Of a DNA stretch of 63,483 bases, positions 26,567 to 38,074 are shown one piece after another. The DNA comes from a candidate division WOR-3 bacterium (GTDB taxonomy: Bacteria > Hydrothermota > Hydrothermia > WGAB01). The notes under the pieces are model-generated. The model did not search any database. It was not told the origin of the DNA and saw only the letters and a list, made by a program, of their open reading frames with translations. Position 1 is the stretch's first letter. Each line of letters opens with the position of its first letter. The stretch is from NCBI GenBank assembly GCA_027069855.1, contig JALXEF010000069.1, positions 1 through 63,483 of the forward strand, given 5' to 3'. The position numbers were made by a program, and so were the translations under genes.

Positions 26567-28027
26567 TCAATCGTGGCTGTGCCCCACCCGAACCCGGCGG
26601 AACCGGGCCGAAGGCGTACCGTGGCCGGTCCGCATGGTTTGGGGAGGCTCCCCCTTGCCACAGTTCCCCAGGCCCCAGAGCACCCAGTCGTTGCCCAGGC
26701 CGTCCAGCTTGGCCCAGAACTCCGGCGTAATCCCGGTGTACACCGGGTTGCGCACCACCTCGGCCAGCTTGCCGTTGCGGATCCGCCAGCCGATCTCCGT
26801 TTCAAACTGGAAGTTCAGCCGCCGCTGGTCAATGGACCAGCTCCGGTTGGTCATCAAAAAGAGGCCGTCCTTCACGCCCTCAATCAGGCTCTCCAGGGGC
26901 TCGGTGCCGGGCTCCAGGTTGACATTGGTCATGCGCACGATCGGCGGCCGCGACCAGTCGGCCGCCCGGGCGGCACCGTTGGAAGTCCGCCCGATGATGG
27001 GCGCGGTGTCCCGCGACATCAGATAGCCCACCAGAATCCCCTCGCGCACCAGGTCGGTACGCTGGGCCGGCACCCCCTCGTCGTCCCAGCCATAAGTGCC
27101 CACGCCGCCGGGCACCGTGCTATCGGAGGTGATGTGCATGAGGGGCGAACCGTAGCGAAAGGAGCCCAGTTTCTCCAGCGTGGCGAAACTCTCGCCGGCA
27201 TAGCCCCGCTCCCAGCCGAGCACGCGGTCCAGTTCCAGGGCATGGCCTACGGACTCATGAATCTGGAGCACCATCTGGGAATTGTGGATCACCAGGTCCA
27301 GTTCGCCCTCCGGCGCCGGCGGAGCAAAGAGCAACTGCTCGGCCTCTTCCAGAATGCGCGGGGCGTGTTTCACGAAGTCCTGGCTCTCAATGAACTCAAA
27401 GCCGGTCCGCCGCAGGTTGCCCCCGTGGGATGCGGGGTAGGAGCGCACCTGCAGAAGCCCGTCCTTGACCACATACACGCTATATCCGCCCCCGGTTTCT
27501 ACGATCTCCTGGGCCACCCAGGTGCCCTCTGTGGAGGCAAACACCTGATACACCCTGTGATACTCCAGGCTGGCGGAGGTGTTGACCGTGTACTTTCCCT
27601 TGCGCAGGATCTCGTCCACGGCCAAAAGCAGGGCGATCTTCTGGTCCAGGGGCACGGCGAAGGGGTCCTTCTCAAAGGGCGTGCGGTATTCCCCGCGCTG
27701 GGGCTCCAGCTCCGAGAGCACCACGCCCTTGCCACCGGCCGAGGCCGACGCCCGCGCCAGTTCCCGGGCCCGCTGCACCGCCCGATGCACGCCCTCCAGG
27801 GAAAGGTCGTCGGTACCGGCAAACCCCCAGAACCCCCGATACAGCACCCGCACCGCCACCCCGGCGTGCTGCACCCGTCCCAGGGTTTCCACGGTGCCGT
27901 TGGAAACCTCTATTTCTTCGCTCTCCACGCCCACCAGGCGGACCTCTCCGTAGTCCTCGCCCTTGAGCAGGTCCAGGGCCACACCGGCCAGCTGTTCAAA
28001 CACCGGCTTCAACGCTTGAATTTCCAT
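26567..28027 (-). CDS. TldD/PmbA family metalloprotease
   Basis: 486 aa with the HESVGHALELD motif and the C-terminal GNCGKG region typical of TldD. Confidence 0.85.
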   Translation of the reverse strand: MEIQALKPVFEQLAGVALDLLKGEDYGEVRLVGVESEEIEVSNGTVETLGRVQHAGVAVRVLYRGFWGFAGTDDLSLEGVHRAVQRARELARASASAGGKGVVLSELEPQRGEYRTPFEKDPFAVPLDQKIALLLAVDEILRKGKYTVNTSASLEYHRVYQVFASTEGTWVAQEIVETGGGYSVYVVKDGLLQVRSYPASHGGNLRRTGFEFIESQDFVKHAPRILEEAEQLLFAPPAPEGELDLVIHNSQMVLQIHESVGHALELDRVLGWERGYAGESFATLEKLGSFRYGSPLMHITSDSTVPGGVGTYGWDDEGVPAQRTDLVREGILVGYLMSRDTAPIIGRTSNGAARAADWSRPPIVRMTNVNLEPGTEPLESLIEGVKDGLFLMTNRSWSIDQRRLNFQFETEIGWRIRNGKLAEVVRNPVYTGITPEFWAKLDGLGNDWVLWGLGNCGKGEPPQTMRTGHGTPSARFRRVRVGHSHD

Positions 28028-29379
28028 CGGGTTCCCTCCCGAGTGTCTTCCAGCACGATGCCGGCAGCCATCAGGCTGTCGCGGATGTAATCGGCCAGGT
28101 CAAACCGCTTTTCCTGCCGCAGTCGACGCCGAACCTCCAGCAGGATGTCCATCACCGGGTTCAGCACCTCGGCCGCCGGGGTGCGTTCGGGCGGCCGAAA
28201 GCCCAGGGTGTGGAGGATGACCTGCAGGGCCGTTTTTACGGCCCGCTGCTCCACCCCGGAGGTCTTGCGCAGCACCGAAAGCCCCTCAAAGAGCACGGCC
28301 AGGGCACCGGGGGTATCCAGGTCGTCGTCCATCCGTTCCTCAAACCGCTGCAGGAGTTCCTGGGCCACCGGCACCTGCTGCAGGTCCTGCACCGTTCCCT
28401 CACTCTCCACCTCTTCCAGCCCGGCGAACAGGCGCTCCAGGGCCCGTTCGGAGTCATGCACATGGGCGAAGTCAAAGTCGATAGGGTTGCGGTAATGGGT
28501 GGACAGCAGGTAGTGCCGCAGGGCGTTGGCCGAAACCTGCTTCAAGGCCTCCAGCACCGGCGTGAAGATGCCGGTGGACTTGGACATCTTCTCGCCCCGC
28601 GCCCGCACGAAGCCCACATGGAACCAGTAGCGGGCGAAGTCCTTGCCATGGGCTGCCACGGCCTGGGCGATCTCGTTCTCGTGGTGCGGGAAGATGAGGT
28701 CCATGCCCCCGCCGTGGATGTCAAAGGGCTGGCCCAGGTAATGGGTGGACATCACCGAGCATTCGATGTGCCAGCCGGGCCGCCCCTTGCCGAAGGGGGC
28801 GTACCAATACGGCTCGCCAGGTTTCCAGCCCTTCCACAGGGCGAAGTCCGCCGGGTTCCGCTTGCCCGGCGCCGGCTCCACCCGATAACCGGCCAGAAGG
28901 TCCTCCAGCCGCTTGCCCGACAGTCGGCCGTAGGCCGGGAACTTCGTGAGGTCAAAGTACACCGAGCCTCCGGCCTTGTACGCCACCCCCTGGCGCAGCA
29001 ACTTCTGCACGGTTTCAATGATCTCCTGGATGTGCAGGGTGGCGCGGGGGTAGTAGGTGGCGGGCTTCAGGTTCATCTGCCGGGCCGTTTCCAGGTACTC
29101 GTCAATGTACCGCTGGGCGATGGCCCGCCAGTCTTCGCCCTCGCGGTGGGACCGCTGGATGATCTTGTCGTCGATGTCGGTGAAGTTCTGCACATACACC
29201 ACCTGGTACCCCTTGAACTCCAGGTACCGGCGCAGCACATCGCCGGCCAGGAAGGTGCGCAGGTGGCCCAGGTGGGGGCGATCCTGCACGGTCATGCCGC
29301 ACATGTAGAAGCCCACCCGGGGAGGGTTCAGCGGCTCAAAGGGTTCCTTCCGACGGGTGAGGGTGTTGTACAGACGCAT
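28009..29379 (-). CDS. cysS: Cysteine--tRNA ligase
   Basis: Starts [21 protein letters not shown]-type motif HLGHLRT and KMSKS are present. ATG 29379 was chosen, since the upstream part of the track ORF has no homology-like sequence. Confidence 0.95.
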   Translation of the reverse strand: MRLYNTLTRRKEPFEPLNPPRVGFYMCGMTVQDRPHLGHLRTFLAGDVLRRYLEFKGYQVVYVQNFTDIDDKIIQRSHREGEDWRAIAQRYIDEYLETARQMNLKPATYYPRATLHIQEIIETVQKLLRQGVAYKAGGSVYFDLTKFPAYGRLSGKRLEDLLAGYRVEPAPGKRNPADFALWKGWKPGEPYWYAPFGKGRPGWHIECSVMSTHYLGQPFDIHGGGMDLIFPHHENEIAQAVAAHGKDFARYWFHVGFVRARGEKMSKSTGIFTPVLEALKQVSANALRHYLLSTHYRNPIDFDFAHVHDSERALERLFAGLEEVESEGTVQDLQQVPVAQELLQRFEERMDDDLDTPGALAVLFEGLSVLRKTSGVEQRAVKTALQVILHTLGFRPPERTPAAEVLNPVMDILLEVRRRLRQEKRFDLADYIRDSLMAAGIVLEDTREGTRWKFKR

Positions 29380-29418
29380 GCCCTTTAATATATGGGCTCG
29401 GAAAAAGGAGCCGCAACG

Positions 29419-30900
29419 ATGTTGCTTGTTCTGACGCTGGTTCTCGCCTGGTCGGGCCTCCAGAACCCCGCCGATCCCCGCATGCCCTCGGATGCCATCC
29501 TCAAAATCGTGGCCCTGGCCGCAGAGCACGGGCTCGGGCGGCTCTCCTGGACCTTCCTGGATCTGACGTTGCCGCCCACCCTACAGGCCCGCCGGGCCGG
29601 CCTCTCCTTCATGACGAGCACCTGGGGGGTGTGGACCGACCAAGATTCCCTCCGCGAGGCCCATGCACAACTGGAAACCTTCGCCTGGCTCCGCTGGAAG
29701 GCCCTTCGGGTTCGCGCCCGAGGCGCATTGTACCACACCTTCTGGAATCCCCCAGCCCTGCCCTACTACGATCCCCTGCTGCACCCCGATTTTCGGCTGT
29801 ACACCTTTGATCCCCAGCCGGTGATCGGCCAGCGCGATCTGTTTGATGTGCGCACTGACGAGCTCACCCTGGCCTATCAACGCCGGAACCTGGTGGTGCT
29901 CACGGGCAAGCAGCGGGTCCGCATCGGGCCCGGCGTCCGCTACAACCTGATCCTTTCGGGCTTCAGCCAGCCCCTTTCCTTTTTATATTTCGTGCGGTGG
30001 CGGATCCGGCCCTTCGTGTTCACCGTGTTCCACGCCTGGCTGCCGGATACCTTTCCGAACCGGCGGTTTTCGTTCCAGCGGGTGGAGTTTCATCCGACCC
30101 CCTGGCTCATCCTCGGCCTGAACGAAGGGGTGCTCTACGGGCCGGGGTCGGACCCGCTCAAGTACATCAACCCGGTGGACCTCTACTATGTGACCCAGCG
30201 CCGGGGCACCACCAACCTGGACAACCTGGTGGGCATGCTGGACTTCACGCTGCGGCCGCGGCCGGGCTGGCTCCTGTACGGCACCTTCTTCAACGACGAT
30301 TTCCTGGTGACCACCGAGGAAGACTGGGGCACCAGCCTGTACGCCTATCAGGTGGGCACCTGGATCCAGCGGGGTCCCTATCGGCTGGTGCTGGAACACG
30401 CCTTTGCCCGCCGCTGGACCTTTTTCCACCTCTCCCGGGCCAACAGCTACCTGTACTGGGGCCTGCCCCTGGGCCTGTGGACCGGCTCGGATGTGGTCAC
30501 CGGCTACGGGGAACTCACCTACCACTGGGGGCCCTGGCGGTTTGCGGGCTCGGTGGAGTACCTGGCCCACGGCGACGGCCCGCTGGGGGTTTCCTACGAA
30601 AACGATACCCTGAAGGTGCCCGATATTGCCACGCCTTCGGGCATTGTGGACCGCCGCGTGAGCGCCGGCGTGCAGGTGCGGTACCTCAGCCCCCGCTGGA
30701 CCCTGGTCAACGAGATCCGCCGCACCTGGATCCGCAACTACGGGAACCGGCCGGGCGACGATCTGGCCCGCTGGGAGTTCCGGCTGTATGCCGGGCTCCT
30801 CCTCGGAACCCCGGTGGAACAACCCTTAGGGGAACCCGAATCGCCCCCCTTCTGGCACCACTGGCGCCGCTGGTGGCACCGCCTCTGGCACCGTGGCTGA
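29419..30900 (+). CDS. Putative outer-membrane beta-barrel protein (possibly Wzi-like), function unknown
   Basis: ATG 29419 lies 8 nt after AAGGAG. Signal peptide MLLVLTLVLAWSG. Aromatic- and glycine-rich alternating segments follow. The Wzi assignment is only an impression from length and composition. Confidence 0.5.
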   Translation: MLLVLTLVLAWSGLQNPADPRMPSDAILKIVALAAEHGLGRLSWTFLDLTLPPTLQARRAGLSFMTSTWGVWTDQDSLREAHAQLETFAWLRWKALRVRARGALYHTFWNPPALPYYDPLLHPDFRLYTFDPQPVIGQRDLFDVRTDELTLAYQRRNLVVLTGKQRVRIGPGVRYNLILSGFSQPLSFLYFVRWRIRPFVFTVFHAWLPDTFPNRRFSFQRVEFHPTPWLILGLNEGVLYGPGSDPLKYINPVDLYYVTQRRGTTNLDNLVGMLDFTLRPRPGWLLYGTFFNDDFLVTTEEDWGTSLYAYQVGTWIQRGPYRLVLEHAFARRWTFFHLSRANSYLYWGLPLGLWTGSDVVTGYGELTYHWGPWRFAGSVEYLAHGDGPLGVSYENDTLKVPDIATPSGIVDRRVSAGVQVRYLSPRWTLVNEIRRTWIRNYGNRPGDDLARWEFRLYAGLLLGTPVEQPLGEPESPPFWHHWRRWWHRLWHRG

Positions 30901-31669
30901 TCGGCTGGTTTTCCTGGGAACCGGCACCGGCGTGCCCGACGGGCACCGCCTGCCCAGTGCATTGCTCTTGGAGGTGGACCGCCGGGCCTGGCTCGTGGAC
31001 CTGGGCCCCGGGGTGCTGCGGGCGGCGGTCCGGCACCTGGGCCTGACCGGCCTCCGACGGATCCTGCTGACCCATTTCCATCTGGACCACACGGCGGACC
31101 TCGCCACCCTGTTCTTCGCCCTCAAGAACACCCGGCGACGCCCCCGGCACCTGGAAATCTACGGGCCGCCGGGCCTGGGCCGGTTCCTGGAAACCCTGCT
31201 CCACCCCTGGAACCTGCCCCTGGAGATTCCGGGGATGACCCTCACGCTCCACGAGGTACCCCCGGGCACGGTGCTGGAGACCGGCCTGCTTCGGATCACG
31301 GTGTTCGCCACCCTGCACACCGAGGAAAGCCAGGGGTATCGGTTCCAGCACCCCACCTTTTCCCTGGCCTATACCGGCGACACCGGGTACGATCCGTCCC
31401 TGGCCGTTGCCCTGGAAGGCGTGGACCTGCTGGTGACCGAGGTTTCGTACCTCCGTCCGGTTCGGGGCCATCTCTCACCCCTGGAGGCCGCGCTGCTGGC
31501 CCGGGCCGCGGGTGCCCGGCACCTGGCCGTGGTGCACCGGTACCCGGACCAGCCGGAATCCGCCCTCCGGGCCCAGATGGAGGCGTGGATTCCCAAAACC
31601 CTCCGGGTGTGGTTCCCCAAAGACGGTGAGGTGTGGCCGTTGCGTCGGCTCAGAGAATCCGGCGTTTAG
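30893..31669 (+). CDS. MBL-fold metallo-hydrolase (RNase Z-like)
   Basis: THFHLDHTADL motif. GTG start overlaps the upstream gene by 8 nt. Confidence 0.8.
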   Translation: MADRLVFLGTGTGVPDGHRLPSALLLEVDRRAWLVDLGPGVLRAAVRHLGLTGLRRILLTHFHLDHTADLATLFFALKNTRRRPRHLEIYGPPGLGRFLETLLHPWNLPLEIPGMTLTLHEVPPGTVLETGLLRITVFATLHTEESQGYRFQHPTFSLAYTGDTGYDPSLAVALEGVDLLVTEVSYLRPVRGHLSPLEAALLARAAGARHLAVVHRYPDQPESALRAQMEAWIPKTLRVWFPKDGEVWPLRRLRESGV

Positions 31670-33497
31670 CGCCGGGGCGGGTGGGCACGGGCCGGGCCTC
31701 TTCCTCTTCCACCAGCCGGCGCCGCCGCAGCAGTTCCCGATCGTAGGCCGACATAAGGTCCCGCCGCGACAGCACGCCGATGCACTTCCCCTGCTCATCC
31801 ACCACCGGCAACTCCTCGTAGCCGGTTTTGATGAACTCCGAAAGGGCCTTCTGCAGGTTGTCGGTGGGCTTCAGGGTGGGCACCCGCTCCTGGGCGATGT
31901 CACCCACGATCAGGATGGGGCTCAGGGTGCCCATCTCGCCGGAAAACAGGATGGACCGCAGGTCGTCGGCATACAGGAATCCCCGCAGGTTGCCCTTTTT
32001 GTCCACCACCGGAAAACAGTGGAACCGGGTTTCGGCGGCCCGCCGCAGGGCCTCCTGGATAGGCATTTCCTGGGGAAAGTGGGGCACGAACACCGGCAAC
32101 TCGGCGGCATCCTTCACCAGGATGTCCTCCAGGATGTCGGTCAGGAACTCGCCCTGATGGGCCGGCGAGTCCACCCGGCTCGGCACCTGGCTCTCGTAGA
32201 TGCTCCAGCGGCCGGAAAAGAGGTAGGCCAGGGACATGGACAGGGTCATGGGCACCAGCAGATCGTAGTTGCCGGTCATTTCCGCCACCATCACCAGGGT
32301 GGAAAGCGGCACCTTGGCGACGGCGGCAAAGAAACTGCCCATGCCCACAAGGGCGAAGGGCGTGCTGTCGTGGATCAGCGCGGGAAATAGATGCTGCATC
32401 ACCACGCCGAAGGCGCCCCCGAGCATGGCCCCGATCACCAGCGACGGGGCGAACACGCCGCCGGAGCCGCCCGAGCCGATGGTCAGGGCCGTGGCCAGGA
32501 TCTTCAAAAGCGCGATGCCAATGAGCAGGCCCAGGGTGAGTTTGCCCAGGAGGGCCAGTTGCAGCCAGCCGTAGGAGGTGCCCATCACATAGGGAAAGGC
32601 CATCAGAATGAGGCCCAAAAGCAGGCCGCCCACCATGGGCTTGATGTGGTTGGGCGCCTGCCAGGCCCGGAAGAGATCGCGCACCCCGTAGAACACCCGC
32701 ACATACACGAAGCCGAAGGGCACGAGCACCAGGCCCAGGAGGCCGAAGAAGGGCAGTTCCACCACAGAGAACCGGTACGGATGGGTGCTGAAGATGGGGG
32801 TGAAGGAGTACACCAGGCCGAAGATGCTGTAGGCGAAGATGGCCGAGATGATGGAGGGCACCACGGCGTCGGACTCAAAGTCGGGCCGGCTGTAAAGCAC
32901 CTCCACCGAGAACAGGGCACCGCCCAGAGGTGCGCGGAAGATGGCGCCGATGCCGCCGCCGACGCCGGCGATGGTCAGGATACGGCGGTCGCGCACAGGC
33001 AGCCGCAGCACCCGGGCCAGCACCGAGCCGAAGCCGGCGCCGATCTGGGCGATGGGTCCCTCGCGGCCCGCCGAGCCCCCGGTGCCGATGGTGATGGCAC
33101 TGGCGATCACCTTGATGATGGGCACGATCGGGCGGATCAGGCCACCACGGCGGTGAAAAGCCTCAATGACGGCGTCGGTGCCGTGGCCCTCGGCCTCCGG
33201 CGCAAAGGTGTAGATGAGGAAGCCAGAGATCAGGCCGCCGATGGTGGGAATCACGAGGAGCAGCCACCGGTGGGCCACCGAGAACTGGAACACTTCGGGC
33301 CCACCCCCCTCCCCTGCGGGCACCGGCATCACAACGCCGGCCACCTGGCCCAGGGCCCAGTGGCTGATGACACCCAGCAGCCAGTGGAACAGGACAGCGC
33401 CCAGGCCCGCTACGATCCCTACCGCCCCGCCCAGGAACAACCACTTCCCCAGCAGGCGGAACTGGATGGCGTGGAGAAAATCTTGAAGAGCCCTCAC
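31650..33497 (-). CDS. ClC-family chloride channel with C-terminal CBS pair
   Basis: Selectivity motifs GSAGREGP and GSGGVFAPS, about 10-12 TM helices, and two CBS-like repeats at the C-terminus. Confidence 0.9.
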   Translation of the reverse strand: MRALQDFLHAIQFRLLGKWLFLGGAVGIVAGLGAVLFHWLLGVISHWALGQVAGVVMPVPAGEGGGPEVFQFSVAHRWLLLVIPTIGGLISGFLIYTFAPEAEGHGTDAVIEAFHRRGGLIRPIVPIIKVIASAITIGTGGSAGREGPIAQIGAGFGSVLARVLRLPVRDRRILTIAGVGGGIGAIFRAPLGGALFSVEVLYSRPDFESDAVVPSIISAIFAYSIFGLVYSFTPIFSTHPYRFSVVELPFFGLLGLVLVPFGFVYVRVFYGVRDLFRAWQAPNHIKPMVGGLLLGLILMAFPYVMGTSYGWLQLALLGKLTLGLLIGIALLKILATALTIGSGGSGGVFAPSLVIGAMLGGAFGVVMQHLFPALIHDSTPFALVGMGSFFAAVAKVPLSTLVMVAEMTGNYDLLVPMTLSMSLAYLFSGRWSIYESQVPSRVDSPAHQGEFLTDILEDILVKDAAELPVFVPHFPQEMPIQEALRRAAETRFHCFPVVDKKGNLRGFLYADDLRSILFSGEMGTLSPILIVGDIAQERVPTLKPTDNLQKALSEFIKTGYEELPVVDEQGKCIGVLSRRDLMSAYDRELLRRRRLVEEEEARPVPTRPGAKRRIL

Positions 33498-33558
33498 TTT
33501 GTTGCCGCTCTTAGATGATGCAGCGTCGCCCCTGAAAACTCAAGGAAATATCGGCGTT

Positions 33559-34578
33559 TCAAGGGTTTTTCGGCGTTTCGGCGGCCCGGGGAATTACCCC
33601 GAGGCCCGGCCGCTGGGGCAGGTGGATTCTGCCGGCCTGGATCCAGGCACCCTCAAAGGGATCGTCGGCTAACAGGTACGCGCCGTCCAGGTCCACATCG
33701 TCCACGAGCGACGCAATGTGGGCGGCGGCGGTGATACCCACCGAGGTTTCCACCATACAGCCCAGCATGACCCGCAGGTGAAAGGCCCGGGCGATGTGGA
33801 TCATCCGCAGGGCCTCGCGGAGGCCGCCACTCTTAGCCAGTTTGATGTTGATGCCGTCCACCCGGCCCACCAGGGCCGGCAGGTCGGCCGAGGTGTGCAC
33901 GCTCTCGTCGGCGATCACCGGAATCGGACTGTGCCGGGTGACATAGGCCAGGCCCTCCAGGTCGTCGGGCGGCACCGGCTGTTCCACCAGTACCACCCCC
34001 AGGTCGGCCATTTCCCGAATCTTCCGGACCGCCTCCTTGGGCCGCCAGCCGCCGTTGGCGTCCACGCGGAAGGGCTTGTCGGTGTGGCGGCGCAGTTCCC
34101 GGAGGAGTTCCAGGTCGCCGGGCACCCCCACCTTGATCTTGTACACGGAAAACTCCGGGTGGGCCTCCAGATCCCGCACCATCTCTTCGGGCGTGCCCAG
34201 GCCGATGGTGTAGGAGGTGGGCACGGCCTCGCCCGAAAGCCCGAGCAGCCGGTACAGGGGCACACCCAGTTCCTGTCCGATGTGGTCGTAGAGGGCCGTG
34301 AGGATGGCATTCTTGGCCGAGGTGTGGCCGGCGGCCAGGCGGTGGAGTCGTTGCTCAAGGCCTTCCAGGTCAAAGGGATCGTCGCCCAGCACCCCTTCGG
34401 CCTGTTTCAGGAAGGCCAGCACACCCTCCAGGGTATCGCCGTGGGAACTGTAGGCCGCGGCCTCGCCCACGCCCCGGCCGATGCGCACCAGGACCACCGT
34501 TTTCTCGGCCGTGGTGGCCCGGGAAATGGCGAAGGGCCGGGCCGGATGAACCGTCAGGGTTTCCACCTGCAGCCGCAT
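33559..34578 (-). CDS. Dipeptide epimerase (enolase superfamily, L-Ala-D/L-Glu epimerase type)
   Basis: Starts MRLQVETLTVHPARPFAISRATT. Contains KIKVG, FRVDANGGW, VEQP and ADES motifs. The longer track ORF overlaps tpx on the other strand and is rejected. Confidence 0.8.
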   Translation of the reverse strand: MRLQVETLTVHPARPFAISRATTAEKTVVLVRIGRGVGEAAAYSSHGDTLEGVLAFLKQAEGVLGDDPFDLEGLEQRLHRLAAGHTSAKNAILTALYDHIGQELGVPLYRLLGLSGEAVPTSYTIGLGTPEEMVRDLEAHPEFSVYKIKVGVPGDLELLRELRRHTDKPFRVDANGGWRPKEAVRKIREMADLGVVLVEQPVPPDDLEGLAYVTRHSPIPVIADESVHTSADLPALVGRVDGINIKLAKSGGLREALRMIHIARAFHLRVMLGCMVETSVGITAAAHIASLVDDVDLDGAYLLADDPFEGAWIQAGRIHLPQRPGLGVIPRAAETPKNP

Positions 34579-34660
34579 GCGGCAATTATACAAGAGGGCC
34601 GGGGCGGGCCCGGAATGGTTTATAATGTTGGTCAGGAAAACCCAATTAAGGAGGCATCCC

Positions 34661-35179
34661 ATGCTGCAGGTCACGCTGAAGGGCCATCCCGTGAAGGTGG
34701 GGGGAGATCGGATCGTCAAGGTGGGGGACGAGGCCCCGGAGGTCGTGGTGGTCACCAAGGATCTCGCCGAGAAAACCGTGGGCGGAGCCAAAGGCAAGGT
34801 GCAGGTGTTGATTGCCGTGCCCTCGCTGGACACCGAGGTGTGCGCTCTGGAAACCAAGCGGTTCAACGAAAAACTGGCCGCCTTCGGCGATCCGGTGGAG
34901 GGTACCGTGATCTCCATGGACCTGCCCTTTGCGGCCAAGCGGTTCTGCACCGCCGAGGGCATTGAGAATGTGGAGGTGGCCTCTGACTTCCGCGACCGGG
35001 CCTTCGGCCGGAACTACGGCGTGATCATCCTGGAGGGGCCGCTTCAGGGGCTCCTGGCCCGGGTGGTGTTCGTGGTGGACCCGGCGGGCCGGGTGGCCTA
35101 CAAACAGGTGGTTCCGGAAATCACCCAGGAGCCCAACTACGAGGATGTGCTGGCAGCGGTGCGGAAACTGCTTCCGTAG
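34661..35179 (+). CDS. tpx: Thiol peroxidase
   Basis: ATG 34661 follows AAGGAGG. Contains the peroxidatic PSLDTEVC and resolving FC motifs. Confidence 0.9.
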   Translation: MLQVTLKGHPVKVGGDRIVKVGDEAPEVVVVTKDLAEKTVGGAKGKVQVLIAVPSLDTEVCALETKRFNEKLAAFGDPVEGTVISMDLPFAAKRFCTAEGIENVEVASDFRDRAFGRNYGVIILEGPLQGLLARVVFVVDPAGRVAYKQVVPEITQEPNYEDVLAAVRKLLP

Positions 35180-35185
35180 CCCGGT

Positions 35186-36567
35186 TCAGAACACCTGCCG
35201 AACCACTTCCAGGAAGGTGGTGGGGTAGATCCCCAGGTAAAAGACCAGCACCACCGCAATCCACATGACCGTACCGAGCAGGCTGTAGCGCCGGCCCGAC
35301 ACCGGCACCACCGTCTCCTCACTGGCCTCGTACATGTACAGGGTGGCCGGCACCCTCAGGTAGTAGTAGGCCGACACCACACCGTTCAAAAAGGCGTACA
35401 GGGCCAGCGCCGGGTGCCCGGCCCGGATCACCTCGGCAAAGAGGTAAAACTTGGCCGCAAACCCGGCGGTGGGCGGAATCCCTGCCAGGGCCACAAAGAA
35501 CAGCGAAAGGAAAAGGGCCAGCCAAGGATCGCGGCGGGCCAACCCGCGCAGGTTGTCCAGTCGTGTGCGCTCCCCCAGATAGGCCAGCCCGGCGAAGGCC
35601 CCCACGGTCATGAAGATGTAGGCCAACAGGTACAGGGTGAGGGCCTGGTAGGCGCCTGTGGTGTTCACGCCGAAGGCCAGGAGCAGATAGCCCGCATGGG
35701 CGATGGTGGAAAAGGCCAGGATCCGTTTGACATTGGTTTCCCGAAGGGCCGCCAGGTTGCCGGCCAGCATGGTGAGGCCGGCGAGCCACACCACAATGGG
35801 CATCCACTGGGCCGCATAGGGCACCAGGGCCCGGGCCAGCACCTGCAACAGCAGCGCGAAGCCGGCCGCCTTCGGGGCGGTGGCGATAAAGGCCACCACC
35901 GGCGTGGGCGCCCCCCGGAAGACATCCGGGGTCCACAGGTGGAACGGCACATACACCAGTTTGAAGCCGAAGCCCACGAGCAGCAGGGCGATGCCGACCA
36001 CGGTCAGGGCCAGGTGATGGCCGAACAGGAACTGGTTCAGGTACAACGATCCCGAGGAGATCAACAGCAGCGCCATGCCCATCAGGAAGAAGGACGAGGA
36101 ATAGGCCCCCACGAAGAAGAACTTGAGGGCCGCCCGCACGGCGTTTTCCTCCTGGAGCAGGGCCACCAGCACGAAGAGGGAAAAGGACAGCAGTTCCAGA
36201 GCCAGGAAGGCCACCACCAGGTGCACCGACTTGGCCAGCACCATCATGGCCAGGAGGGCCATGAGCAGGAAAAAGTAGAACTCGCCGCCCACCTCCCGGG
36301 CCTCAAAGTAATCCATGGCCATGAGCACCACCAGCAAGGTGGCGGCCATGAACATGAGGTCAAAGATCCGGGCCAGCGGCGTCACCTGGAGCATCCCCAG
36401 GGAGCCCGTGTTCCCGAGCGACACCATCTCCAGGAACATGGCCAGGATGACGCCGAGCACCGTAAAGGTGTTGAAGATCACGGCCCGACGCGGTGTCAAA
36501 AAGGCCAGAAAGAGCAGCACCACCGCGGTTCCCAGCACCACATACTCAGGGGTCAACAGGCTCAGGT

Positions 36568-36571
<4 letters not shown>
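35186..36571 (-). CDS. nuoN: NADH-quinone oxidoreductase subunit N
   Basis: 461-aa polytopic antiporter-like subunit, last in the H-J-K-L-M-N order, with a 4-nt overlap with nuoM. Confidence 0.9.
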
Positions 36572-38073
<1,502 letters not shown>

Positions 38074-38074
38074 C

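Noticed and set aside
26567-28027. Missing PmbA partner for the TldD-family protease as a notable absence
   Set aside because: Partner genes are often unlinked, so nothing can be concluded from a 63-kb window.
33559-34962. 467-aa version of the epimerase ORF, and similar long upstream extensions of znuA (61806-63125), znuC, znuB, cysS and the LysM gene
   Set aside because: The extensions overlap neighbouring real genes or lack any family-like sequence. Internal starts give correct family N-termini, signal peptides or SD sites.
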